DNA of 53,596 nucleotides from an uncultured Candidatus Saccharibacteria bacterium (GTDB lineage Bacteria > Patescibacteriota > Minisyncoccia > Minisyncoccales > UBA10102), in the NCBI GenBank assembly GCA_964359655.1, contig CAYHVI010000004.1:1-53596 (forward strand). Direction: 5' to 3'. Shown piece after piece: positions 46,611 through 53,596 of the stretch (position 1 is the stretch's first letter; each line of letters opens with the position of its first letter). The position numbers were made by a program, and so were the translations under genes. The notes under the pieces were generated by a model that saw only the letters and a list, made by a program, of their open reading frames with translations, did no database searches and was not told the DNA's origin.

Positions 46611-46973
46611 AGTTCTCGCTTACTGTTATATATTTTTATCGTAACCTTTGCATGTACATCGTATCATCTCCATTTACCCTTCGCAATGGTATGTATTTCT
46701 CAATCAGCTTGCCTACTCAATTTCATTGAGTTCGCCTTAAACCACTTTGCGGTTTCGAGTTTCAGTGTTTTGCTACATTTACCAATGCCATACGGTATCG
46801 TCCAATAAACTCATCCGTCCATTTCAAAATCTCCTTATCTTCTTTTGAGAAGGTTGAGTTTTTCTTCATTGGGAAGGTTTTTCGCAGTTTTTGTTTCCGA
46901 CTGAACGCCGTAGGAATGTATGATGCTAAAAACTGTTTCATAGCAAAACGTTAATCTCCGCCGCCATAATTTT

Positions 46974-47507
46974 TCAGTTGGTTTGGTTATTTACAATATC
47001 AAGAATTCTCCTAGTCACATCTTCTACGCTTCCGTTCGCATCAATAACAATAGCGCCTTTCTTTTCTATCTCACTCTCCCACCAATCTTTCCAGTCCAAC
47101 ACCATTTCTCTGCTTTCTTCCGTAGCGCCCATCTTATCTGTTCCTTCACGACTAGCGAGTCTTTTCATTATTGTTTCTGAATCTGCTTTTAGCAAAATCA
47201 TTTTGTCGAACAAGGGAATAATATCGTCCATATTCGAGGCAACGCCACAATAAAATGCTAGGTCTGATTTTTGTTTATTCAAAAGTTCTTTGAGTTTACC
47301 GACATCGCAAATCCAATCTGCATTTTTAATTTTCTCTGGAGTATTTTCGTAACCTTCAAAAACTTCTTTCGTATCTTTCCGGTACATTGCAAACATCCCT
47401 TCTATTTCTTCAATATCATAAGCTTCATATCCTAGATTGTTGAGATATTCGCTCACCACCGACTTCCCAGAACCCGTAACTCCAGTAACAAGAATTGCTT
47501 TCTTCAT
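46974..47507 (-). CDS. P-loop NTPase/nucleotide-kinase-like protein
   Basis: 177 aa with Walker A GVTGSGKS. Its size and layout resemble AAA_18/AAA_33 kinases. The region is AT-rich. Confidence 0.65.
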   Translation of the reverse strand: MKKAILVTGVTGSGKSVVSEYLNNLGYEAYDIEEIEGMFAMYRKDTKEVFEGYENTPEKIKNADWICDVGKLKELLNKQKSDLAFYCGVASNMDDIIPLFDKMILLKADSETIMKRLASREGTDKMGATEESREMVLDWKDWWESEIEKKGAIVIDANGSVEDVTRRILDIVNNQTN

Positions 47508-47548
47508 ATTTCACTTTATCAAAAGATCATTCGAACACATGTTGGTTC

Positions 47549-48016
47549 TTAGTCCCCATCAATACGGATATTTATGGTTTGATTATATTGATTATAAAAC
47601 TCTTGGTTAATGATTGTATTATTTATTTCGATGTCCGGTTGCTTTCCGAGCAAATCAACAAGTATCTCTAACATCGCAATGGCAATAAATATCATAAGTT
47701 TATTTTGCTGCAAGAACCCTTCAATCCTACTGCCATAAGGTACTTTGGATAAATCCTGCGTGTCTCTCGCCCTCCCTAAACCTTCCAACATATCTTTAGC
47801 ATCCTGCAAAGGATTTTTTGATTCTTTCAAAATCTGTATAAACCCTTCGGCTGTAGCCTTGAATATTCCATCTGGAATACTTTCCCATGATTTGCAATAT
47901 GGGCACCTAGATTTGTTACCTCTAAAAGTTACCGAAGCTCCTGAGATCATAGAGATGCCCGAAGGGAAAACTTTGCCACAAGTCATACATTGTAAATAAA
48001 TCTTAGCCATATACAT
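47549..48016 (-). CDS. zinc-ribbon protein with C-terminal TM helix, unknown function
   Basis: 155 aa with a CMTC...CPYC zinc ribbon, a hydrophobic helix LMIFIAIAMLEILVDLL and an N/Q-rich tail. Confidence 0.5.
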   Translation of the reverse strand: MYMAKIYLQCMTCGKVFPSGISMISGASVTFRGNKSRCPYCKSWESIPDGIFKATAEGFIQILKESKNPLQDAKDMLEGLGRARDTQDLSKVPYGSRIEGFLQQNKLMIFIAIAMLEILVDLLGKQPDIEINNTIINQEFYNQYNQTINIRIDGD

Positions 48017-48074
48017 CTAAATTTTCTTATAGATTCGTTTTGTAATCATACGCAAGGCATACCATATTTTCTTG

Positions 48075-48110
48075 AAAAATAAAAGCGGCTTAGCCTGCGC
48101 CTCGCCGCTT
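48075..48110 (-). terminator. terminator after 48139..48420
   Basis: Stem aagcggc/gccgctt, followed on the minus strand by ttatttttc. Confidence 0.6.
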
Positions 48111-48138
48111 GGATTGTTTTGTGCAAGAGTCTTCTCTC

Positions 48139-48420
48139 TTACGGTACTTTGCTCGGGAGAAGGATGCCCATTCCTAAGATACTGCCTAAGGCAGTAATAC
48201 AGAAACTGCCTTTTGGCTCTTCGCTTATGAGCCTTCGAGCTTTCAGATCTCCAAGTTCTGCGCGCACCGTACTTCCCATCGGTTCAAGAGCTTCACCGTG
48301 ATGATCGGCGAGCTCCTGACGAACTTGTTCTACGAGTTCTTCCATGGTTATCAGATTTCCATGAGCATCGTAGATAATCCGTAGGATAATCTGACTTACG
48401 TCCAAAGTTAATATTGGCAT
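48139..48420 (-). CDS. small wHTH-like protein, unknown function
   Basis: The ATG at 48420 has an AGAGG SD 8 nt upstream (GTG at 48426 is an alternative). A terminator follows downstream. Confidence 0.45.
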   Translation of the reverse strand: MPILTLDVSQIILRIIYDAHGNLITMEELVEQVRQELADHHGEALEPMGSTVRAELGDLKARRLISEEPKGSFCITALGSILGMGILLPSKVP

Positions 48421-48516
48421 TTGCACACCTCTCGCAAAAGATTTGTACCTCTATTCACTCCTATCAAATCTCAAACAAAAAGTCAAATCGAGCACAATTC
48501 TTCTTGTTTTTCCAGA

Positions 48517-48561
48517 CTCAAAAATAAATCCCGCATCTTTCCCGAAGCAAAGATGCGGGAT
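48517..48561 (-). terminator. terminator after 48584..49057
   Basis: 13-bp stem atcccgcatcttt/aaagatgcgggat, followed on the minus strand by ttatttttg. Confidence 0.85.
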
Positions 48562-48583
48562 AAAAGCTGGCGGGGTGGGATTG

Positions 48584-49057
48584 CTATCCACTGTTTTCAG
48601 TAACCAACCAACGGCCAGGGAAGACACCTTGAGAGTAGCCGAAGAAGAACGGGGTCCACCCGTCCACGAAGGCGTAGAGGCAGGCCACGTACGCACGGCC
48701 GTGCCAATCCAGCCACGCAGAACCACCAAAGGCTATAGGACTTTTACCGTCGGGTTTCGGAAACTTGGCCGTCAAAGAATCACGTGCTTGGCCTTCGACG
48801 AGTCGGTAGCCCATTTGGTTGGCTTTCCTGCTCGCCTCGCCAACGTTGTAAACGACGCCCAGGAAAACGAGCTTCACTCGGTACGTCTTCTTGCCTGTGA
48901 GCTTAGGGCCTCGGTACTTCCACTCAATGGCGAGGCGCTTGGCATCGTATCCTAGGATACGCATAACCTCCATTGGGTCAATATCATTATTAACCTCAAG
49001 GTCAAACCACTCATCGTCTGCGGGTACAGAAGGCACATTTTCAGCAAAAGTCCTCAT
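48584..49057 (-). CDS. hypothetical protein, high-GC orphan
   Basis: The ATG at 49057 has a GAGGAG SD. A TTGACA-17-TATATT promoter lies upstream and a 13-bp-stem terminator downstream. I recognised no family. Confidence 0.55.
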   Translation of the reverse strand: MRTFAENVPSVPADDEWFDLEVNNDIDPMEVMRILGYDAKRLAIEWKYRGPKLTGKKTYRVKLVFLGVVYNVGEASRKANQMGYRLVEGQARDSLTAKFPKPDGKSPIAFGGSAWLDWHGRAYVACLYAFVDGWTPFFFGYSQGVFPGRWLVTENSG

Positions 49058-49100
49058 GATGACTCCTCTCTTTCTTATGTGCTGGCGAATTGCTATGAGA

Positions 49101-49129
49101 AATATACTAGAAGTTATCCGCTTTGTCAA
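49101..49129 (-). promoter_or_regulatory. putative promoter of 48584..49057
   Basis: On the minus strand, TTGACA (49129..49124), a 17-nt spacer and TATATT (49106..49101). A 43-nt leader with a GAGGAG SD follows. Confidence 0.6.
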
Positions 49130-49130
49130 A

Positions 49131-49154
49131 CACAATTTCTTGCAAAACGAAAGT
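49131..49154. repeat. 24-nt box cacaatttcttgcaaaacgaaagt (copy 1)
   Basis: 23/24 nt are identical to 49824..49847. It lies 22 nt past the hicA stop. Confidence 0.85.
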
Positions 49155-49175
49155 TATCAGAAGAATAATGTCAGA

Positions 49176-49412
49176 TTACCTCCATTTCAGCCATTCTTCT
49201 TTTGGAATGCCAGATTGCGCAATAATTCCTTTCAGAGTTCGCGGTTTGAGTGTTCGCTTTCCATGGAAGGGAATGCATACTTGCCGAAGTCGTTTTCCAT
49301 ATCTTCCGACATAATAAAAATGGCTTCCTCTCGAATGGTTGAGTTGAAAGCCATGTTCTTTTAGAAAACGAATCGCATCTTCTGCAGTCCAATTAAAAAA
49401 TCCTCGCGGCAT
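49176..49412 (-). CDS. hicA: HicA-like mRNA interferase toxin
   Basis: Start trimmed to the ATG at 49412, 1 nt after the hicB stop. FLKEHGFQLNHSRGSHFYY...GKRTLKPRTLKGIIAQSGI matches the HicA pattern. Confidence 0.75.
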   Translation of the reverse strand: MPRGFFNWTAEDAIRFLKEHGFQLNHSRGSHFYYVGRYGKRLRQVCIPFHGKRTLKPRTLKGIIAQSGIPKEEWLKWR

Positions 49413-49413
49413 A

Positions 49414-49752
49414 TTATACTGAAGCAAAATCTTCCTGCCTATTCTTGGCAAGATTAAACTGACCAAATGTAAAAACTTGTTGCTTTTTTGGCGTTTTCCT
49501 CGCTTCAAGCATCTCCCAAAGATTCTCGTATTCTCTATCGGTTTTTTGATTCAAAATTCCAGGACGCGCCTTCATTCGTCGGGCAGATTCCACATATCCC
49601 TGAATAGCTTCGAAAAGCAATAATAAAGCTTCCCGAGGCGTATCCCCAGATTCTACAATATTAAACTCAAGTCCCACGGCATACCAAGTGTCCCTTTCTC
49701 GAAACACAATATATCGTATAGATCCCTTTTGAAGAGTGTTTTTGTACTTCAT
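49414..49752 (-). CDS. hicB: HicB-like antitoxin
   Basis: 112 aa. The HicB N-domain pattern reads YIVFRERDTWYAVGLEFNIVESGDTPREALLLLFEAIQGYVE. It is adjacent to hicA. Confidence 0.65.
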   Translation of the reverse strand: MKYKNTLQKGSIRYIVFRERDTWYAVGLEFNIVESGDTPREALLLLFEAIQGYVESARRMKARPGILNQKTDREYENLWEMLEARKTPKKQQVFTFGQFNLAKNRQEDFASV

Positions 49753-49758
49753 ATAACT

Positions 49759-49787
49759 ATATTACCGTATTTTCTCCTTACGAGCAA
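49759..49787 (-). promoter_or_regulatory. putative leaderless promoter of hicBA
   Basis: On the minus strand, TTGCTC, a 17-nt spacer and TAATAT, then 6 nt to the ATG at 49752. Confidence 0.45.
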
Positions 49788-49823
49788 CGAAACTTTGTTA
49801 TCATCACAGCACCTTCCCTATAC

Positions 49824-49847
49824 CACAATTTCTTGGAAAACGAAAGT
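49824..49847. repeat. 24-nt box cacaatttcttggaaaacgaaagt (copy 2)
   Basis: It lies 26 nt past the relE stop, next to a short GC hairpin (49848..49870). Confidence 0.85.
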
Positions 49848-49872
49848 CCCGCCGAGTTTGGTTCAGCGGGGC

Positions 49873-50133
49873 TTATTCATACAAATCACTATGCGTTCCT
49901 ATTTTTACAAACCTATATTCGTCTGCACCGACTCGCTTAAACAGTGTGCGCAAGTCTCCTCCAACATTGATGCTGCGATACCCTGCATATTTCCCTTGAA
50001 GGGAGTGGCTCTCGAGAATAGGATGGAAAGGATTTTCACGAAACAAGACGATCCGCTCCTGAACTCTTTTTTGTTCGTTTTTCCTTAGTCGTTTGTACCG
50101 CTTCTCAAAATCTCTATGGAAATACAATTTCAT
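49873..50133 (-). CDS. relE: RelE/YafQ family toxin
   Basis: 86 aa. FEKRYKRL...LESHSLQGKYAGYRSINVGGDLR...IGTHSDLY is typical of RelE/ParE-fold toxins. It shares an ATGA overlap with the antitoxin. Confidence 0.8.
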   Translation of the reverse strand: MKLYFHRDFEKRYKRLRKNEQKRVQERIVLFRENPFHPILESHSLQGKYAGYRSINVGGDLRTLFKRVGADEYRFVKIGTHSDLYE

Positions 50134-50405
50134 AGGGAAGCAAAATACTCATCCAATTCTTTCTTGGAAGAAAAGGGGCCAGAAAGATTTCTGTTCTTGC
50201 GAATATCCTCCTCAACGTGCCCAAGAAACTCTTCGAGCTCCGGAGACATACGAGGAGCCATAGTGAAATGAACCTCTTTGTTCCGCACAAACTGACGAAG
50301 ATAGGCATTGATGACAGCGCTCAAAGAAAGTCCAAGTTCTCCTGCTACTTCCTGGGCATGTTTTTTTACATCCTTATCGGTTTTTACATTAATAACCGTT
50401 TTCAT
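50130..50405 (-). CDS. relB: RelB/DinJ family antitoxin
   Basis: I prefer the ATG at 50405. MKTVINVKTDKDVKKHAQEVAGELGLSLSAVINAYLRQFV is an RHH antitoxin pattern. A canonical promoter lies directly upstream. Confidence 0.8.
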   Translation of the reverse strand: MKTVINVKTDKDVKKHAQEVAGELGLSLSAVINAYLRQFVRNKEVHFTMAPRMSPELEEFLGHVEEDIRKNRNLSGPFSSKKELDEYFASL

Positions 50406-50411
50406 ATACAA

Positions 50412-50440
50412 AGTATATACAATGGTTAATCCTCTGTCAA
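50412..50440 (-). promoter_or_regulatory. putative leaderless promoter of relBE
   Basis: On the minus strand, TTGACA (50440..50435), a 17-nt spacer and TATACT (50417..50412), then 6 nt to the ATG at 50405. Confidence 0.6.
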
Positions 50441-50446
50441 CACGGG

Positions 50447-52216
50447 TTATCGAAGCTCGTACTCGCTTAAAAGTTTCTTGTTGCCTTCGATTTGGTAGCG
50501 GAGTAATTCGGAATATACACCTTCGCGTTGTGCAAGTTCGTGCGGGGAGCCTGCGTCTGCAACAATTCCCTGATCCAAAACCACAATGCGATCAACATTT
50601 TGGATGGTTGAAAAGCGATGGGCAATAATGATTACGAGCCTGTTCTCAAAGAGTTTTTCCAAAGCCTCCTGCACCAAGCGCTCGGATTTGGAATCCAAAC
50701 TACTCGTAGCCTCATCCAAAATTAATATAGGCTTGTTGTGCAAAATCGCGCGAGCAATCTGAATGCGTTGTTTTTGGCCGCCCGAAAGTTTTACCCCCCG
50801 TTCCCCAATTTGAGCGTCGAGCCCACCCTTCAGCTTCATCACAAACTCATAGGCATTTGCCTGCTTTAAGGCCTCAATAATTTGTTCTTCGGTGGCTCCT
50901 TCTGCGCCATAGGCAACGTTCTCTCGAATGGTTGAAGAGAAAAGTTCGCTATCCTGAAACACAAGCGCCACGTGCTCTCTGACCCACACATGGCTCGCAT
51001 CTTTATAATTTTTCCCCGAAAGGCTTATATTGCCGCTTGTTGGTTCATAGAGTTTAAGAATCAAATTCACAAGCGTTGTTTTGCCAGCACCAGAATGTCC
51101 AACAAACGCAACCTTTTCTTTGTTTTGCAGTGTTAGGCTGATTCCAGAGAACACCGGCTCGCCCTCCCCATACGCAAAACTCACGTTTTCCAAACGAATC
51201 ACAGGATTTTCAACCAATGCTTGCATATGCTCTTCTTCGGGAGCTTCTTTCGATGGAAGATCCAAAACTTCAAAGAATTGCTTGGCATCAGCCTCGGCTC
51301 GTTGAGTCTGCTCTAAAATGTAACTCATTCCAAAGAGCGGCCAACGCAACTGGTTTAAAATTTGAATAATTAAAACCATCTCGCCCAAAGTTAACTCTCC
51401 GAAAAAAGTTTTTCGGAAGACCATAAAAAGGATGGCCACAAAAGCAATTTCTAGGCCAAACTCGCGGATAAAATTAAGAATGTGATATTGAGTAGATTGT
51501 TTGTCGTAGAGTTTGTTAATAGTTTGGTATTTATCAGAAACAAATTTCCATTCTCTTGTTTGGGCGTTATAAGTTTTTACGAGTTTAATATTGCTGATAA
51601 CTTCGCCAATGCGGCCGCGCGACGCATCTTCGTGGACATTTTTTTCTGCCTGAATCTTGCCCCATTTGCGCGTGGAATAATTTGAAATGGCAATGTACAC
51701 GGGAAATACCACTAATGCAACCAACGCAATAGGCAAATCAAAGTAAGAAAGAACCGCAATGCCAAAAACAGCCTGAAGCATTGCCGGCATAATAAAATTG
51801 GTTGAAGTTCCCACGAACTCACCAATCGAAATAATCCCGCGATTGAGTTGGTTGACAATTTTTCCTGAAACCTCGGAATCAAAATACGTTTGCGGAAGTG
51901 TGAAGATTTTACGATAGTAAGTCTCGGTTAAGTAGCGAGACAAACGAGAAGAAATAAAATCTCCCAAGCGCTGGCTTACACTAGTAATAACAACTCCGCC
52001 AATATTGATAGAAAGTATGAGCGCAAATAAAAAGGTAAGGCGCTCAAAATTTCCTGTGCCGCTTGATATTTGCTGCGTGAGCTCGTCTACCACAAATTTT
52101 AGCGTTACTGGTATGCCCTGCTGAAGCACTGCCTGAATCGTAATCAGCACGCACGCCAAAATAATCCACTTGTGCTGGGGCTTCGACAGCTTGATTATTT
52201 TGAAAATACTATTCAT
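50447..52216 (-). CDS. ABC transporter, fused permease/ATPase exporter (MsbA-like)
   Basis: 589 aa with 6 TM, Walker A GHSGAGKTT, signature LSGGQKQR and Walker B ILILDEATS. Confidence 0.92.
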   Translation of the reverse strand: MNSIFKIIKLSKPQHKWIILACVLITIQAVLQQGIPVTLKFVVDELTQQISSGTGNFERLTFLFALILSINIGGVVITSVSQRLGDFISSRLSRYLTETYYRKIFTLPQTYFDSEVSGKIVNQLNRGIISIGEFVGTSTNFIMPAMLQAVFGIAVLSYFDLPIALVALVVFPVYIAISNYSTRKWGKIQAEKNVHEDASRGRIGEVISNIKLVKTYNAQTREWKFVSDKYQTINKLYDKQSTQYHILNFIREFGLEIAFVAILFMVFRKTFFGELTLGEMVLIIQILNQLRWPLFGMSYILEQTQRAEADAKQFFEVLDLPSKEAPEEEHMQALVENPVIRLENVSFAYGEGEPVFSGISLTLQNKEKVAFVGHSGAGKTTLVNLILKLYEPTSGNISLSGKNYKDASHVWVREHVALVFQDSELFSSTIRENVAYGAEGATEEQIIEALKQANAYEFVMKLKGGLDAQIGERGVKLSGGQKQRIQIARAILHNKPILILDEATSSLDSKSERLVQEALEKLFENRLVIIIAHRFSTIQNVDRIVVLDQGIVADAGSPHELAQREGVYSELLRYQIEGNKKLLSEYELR

Positions 52217-53273
52217 ACTCTGTTTCTTTCTTGGGTTTCTCGACCCGTTCCACCATAAAGCGCACCGTATCGTTCATGTTAATAGAAACGATGGAAATAT
52301 CGGGATGGCGTTCTTGAAAAACCCTAAAAATCTCATCTGCAAATGCCTGCCCAACATTCGGCACACGGTTGAAATCAAGAATAATTTTTTTAAACTTCTC
52401 AAGTCCCGCAAGTATTCGTCGCGCTTGAGATCGTGATACATAAACCGTACCCATCGTAAAAAGACGCACATGAATCTCGGTCTTATCGAACGCGTAACTT
52501 CCGGGTTTTGACTGATACTTTTGGAAGATATCGTTCAAGTGCCGCGCGCTTTTGCGTGAGACGGTGAAAACCACCCTGGTGCCGCGGTTGATATCTTTCT
52601 CTTCTTGAAAAAAGATATCGGGGATAATGTTATCAACTACCATACGACGACCAAAACTTTCGAGCACAAACCTATCTGCAGCCTTCGATGTGAAAAATAT
52701 GCCTTCTCCGGTATGCGCTTTCGGATCTGTTGTAACCTTACCTTTCAAAAGATCTTGCATTGCCTCTAATTCCGACTTTAAATGGCGCTTGCGCATAACG
52801 TTTCGAAATACGCCGATGCCAAAATCACTCACCACAAAACGAATAATCTGTGAGTCATGTTCCATTTGAACCTCGATGCGCTTTGACTGCGAGTGCTCAA
52901 TAGCATTATTCAGCATTTCAGAAAACGCATAGTGTACGATGCTACGAACATTTTCCGGCGCGGCATGAAATGCAGGAAATGTCGCCACAAACTCGTTAAA
53001 AACCTCATGCTCTGCAAGGTTTTTACTTGAGAGCAATCGCCGCATTGCTTTCGGCCCGACTTCGTCAATGTATTCAGGTAAAGTATAAAAAGCGGCGCGC
53101 GTTGATCCGAATTTCACCACTTCGCCAGAATTAATCATTACTCTCAAAGTCTGGCTGGCATACTGTCGAGTAAAACCAAAATTTCGTGCAATCTCTATCG
53201 AAGTTGCACGCTTTTTCTCCCTTAAAAACGCTCTTATTTTTACCTTTATATCCATGCTTTTAGGATACTCCAT
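52209..53273 (-). CDS. wHTH + GHKL (RsbW/SpoIIAB-like) ATPase + STAS-like DUF4325 fusion protein
   Basis: N-terminal ArsR-like wHTH. N-box SEMLNNAIEHS, G1 VVSDFGIGVF, G2 HTGEGIFF. C-terminal ILDFNRVPNVGQAFADEIF. The alternative ATG at 53255 fits the promoter call. It overlaps the ABC gene by 8 nt. Confidence 0.7.
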   Translation of the reverse strand: MEYPKSMDIKVKIRAFLREKKRATSIEIARNFGFTRQYASQTLRVMINSGEVVKFGSTRAAFYTLPEYIDEVGPKAMRRLLSSKNLAEHEVFNEFVATFPAFHAAPENVRSIVHYAFSEMLNNAIEHSQSKRIEVQMEHDSQIIRFVVSDFGIGVFRNVMRKRHLKSELEAMQDLLKGKVTTDPKAHTGEGIFFTSKAADRFVLESFGRRMVVDNIIPDIFFQEEKDINRGTRVVFTVSRKSARHLNDIFQKYQSKPGSYAFDKTEIHVRLFTMGTVYVSRSQARRILAGLEKFKKIILDFNRVPNVGQAFADEIFRVFQERHPDISIVSINMNDTVRFMVERVEKPKKETEYE

Positions 53274-53326
53274 ATGGGATATATTGTCAAGTACTTAGTT
53301 ACAATTGTAAACTCTATTGTAAACTC
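53262..53326 (-). promoter_or_regulatory. putative promoter plus direct-repeat operator upstream of the wHTH-HATPase-STAS gene
   Basis: On the minus strand, TTGACA (53290..53285), a 17-nt spacer and TATCCT (53267..53262), then 6 nt to the ATG at 53255. Upstream, the 11-nt direct repeats attgtaaactc sit at 53304..53314 and 53316..53326, and the first overlaps the palindrome ttacaattgtaa. Confidence 0.45.
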
Positions 53327-53337
53327 CCTACTGGGCC

Positions 53338-53376
53338 TTTTAAAGAATCCGCCGCCCTCTTTCGGGCGGCGGATTC
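53338..53376 (-). terminator. terminator after the VOC/PhnB-like gene
   Basis: Perfect stem gaatccgccgccc/gggcggcggattc (53345..53376), 11 nt after the stop. Confidence 0.75.
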
Positions 53377-53387
53377 TTGCAACGTAA

Positions 53388-53596
53388 TTATTTTTTCTGG
53401 GAGGAGGAGTAATTCACCATCCACTGCACGCCGAATTTGTCTGTGAAACTGCCATAGTAATCGCCCCAGGGCTGGTCGGCTATGGGCATCTCTATTGTGC
53501 CGCCAGAGGAAAGAGCGTTGAATATCCTGTCTGCTTCCTCTTTGCTTTCAGGATGTATGGAAATATAGACATTGTTGCCCTGTACGAGTTTTTGTC
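53388..53596 (-). CDS. VOC/glyoxalase-family PhnB-like protein (C-terminal part; 5' end outside the window)
   Basis: Manual minus-strand translation ends ...GGTIEMPIADQPWGDYYGSFTDKFGVQWMVNYSSSQKK*. The DKFGVQWMV tail is characteristic. A terminator hairpin follows. Confidence 0.6.
   Translation of the reverse strand, partial: QKLVQGNNVYISIHPESKEEADRIFNALSSGGTIEMPIADQPWGDYYGSFTDKFGVQWMVNYSSSQKK

Noticed and set aside
46762-46941. 59-codon minus-strand ORF (MKQFLASYIPTAFSRKQKLRKTFPMKKNSTFSKEDKEILKWTDEFIGRYRMALVNVAKH) in the 363-nt gap
   Set aside because: It is short, has no recognisable family and no clear SD or promoter. It may be a gene remnant. I mention it in the island finding but the evidence is not enough to call a CDS or pseudogene.
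46611-46973. tRNA, rRNA or other structured RNA genes in the longer intergenic gaps (also 30212..30499, 43184..43415, 44208..44359, 20105..20245)
   Set aside because: By eye I could not find cloverleaf-compatible acceptor/T-arm pairings or rRNA-like conserved blocks. The hairpins present are explained as terminators or REP-like elements. A tRNAscan/Infernal run would be the decisive check.
48443-48955. 170-aa plus-strand ORF opposite 48584..49057
   Set aside because: It runs through the strong terminator hairpin at 48528..48561 and has no SD or promoter. The minus-strand ORF has a TTGACA-17-TATATT promoter, a GAGGAG SD and a terminator.

Overview
The window looks like a chromosomal segment from a small-genome, monoderm-like uncultivated bacterium. 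Gene content suggests Candidate Phyla Radiation/Patescibacteria, but that is inference and no marker phylogeny was possible. The genetic code is standard: TGA, TAA and TAG are all used as stops in long conserved ORFs. 50 of the 53 CDS I call lie on the minus strand, many with 1-14 nt overlaps. In order, the window holds: rpoC-rpoB; a four-gene operon of secreted cohesin-like and dockerin-bearing proteins, including a 1597-aa multi-enzyme; yraN-comM-dprA; an HTH/TM protein; a SEDS (FtsW/RodA) protein; a PaaX-like regulator; ligA; a minor-pilin operon containing a 1024-aa LamG/PKD protein; pilD; a plus-strand RAYT/IS200-like transposase flanked by REP-like hairpins; a major pilin candidate with its own terminator; pilC-pilT-receiver-pilB-(small TM)-pilO-pilN-pilM; comF; and a GH16-dockerin enzyme. 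The last ~14 kb are accessory and compositionally patchy (GC judged by eye): a high-GC gene pair, DJ-1/cyclase/YciI-like genes, a P-loop kinase plus a Zn-ribbon/TM protein, orphans, HicBA and RelBE modules, an ABC exporter, a wHTH-HATPase-STAS fusion and a partial VOC/PhnB gene. I found no rRNA, tRNA or CRISPR array. The most interesting signals are: (1) a cellulosome-style cohesin/dockerin display system; (2) a beta-sandwich module that the system's adaptor shares with a type IV minor pilin; (3) a giant adhesin-like protein in the PilY1 position; (4) recurrent 7-nt tandem repeats inside essential and pilus genes; (5) sigma70-like promoters whose -10 sits 6-8 nt from the ATG (leaderless architecture); and (6) several families of short conserved intergenic elements.
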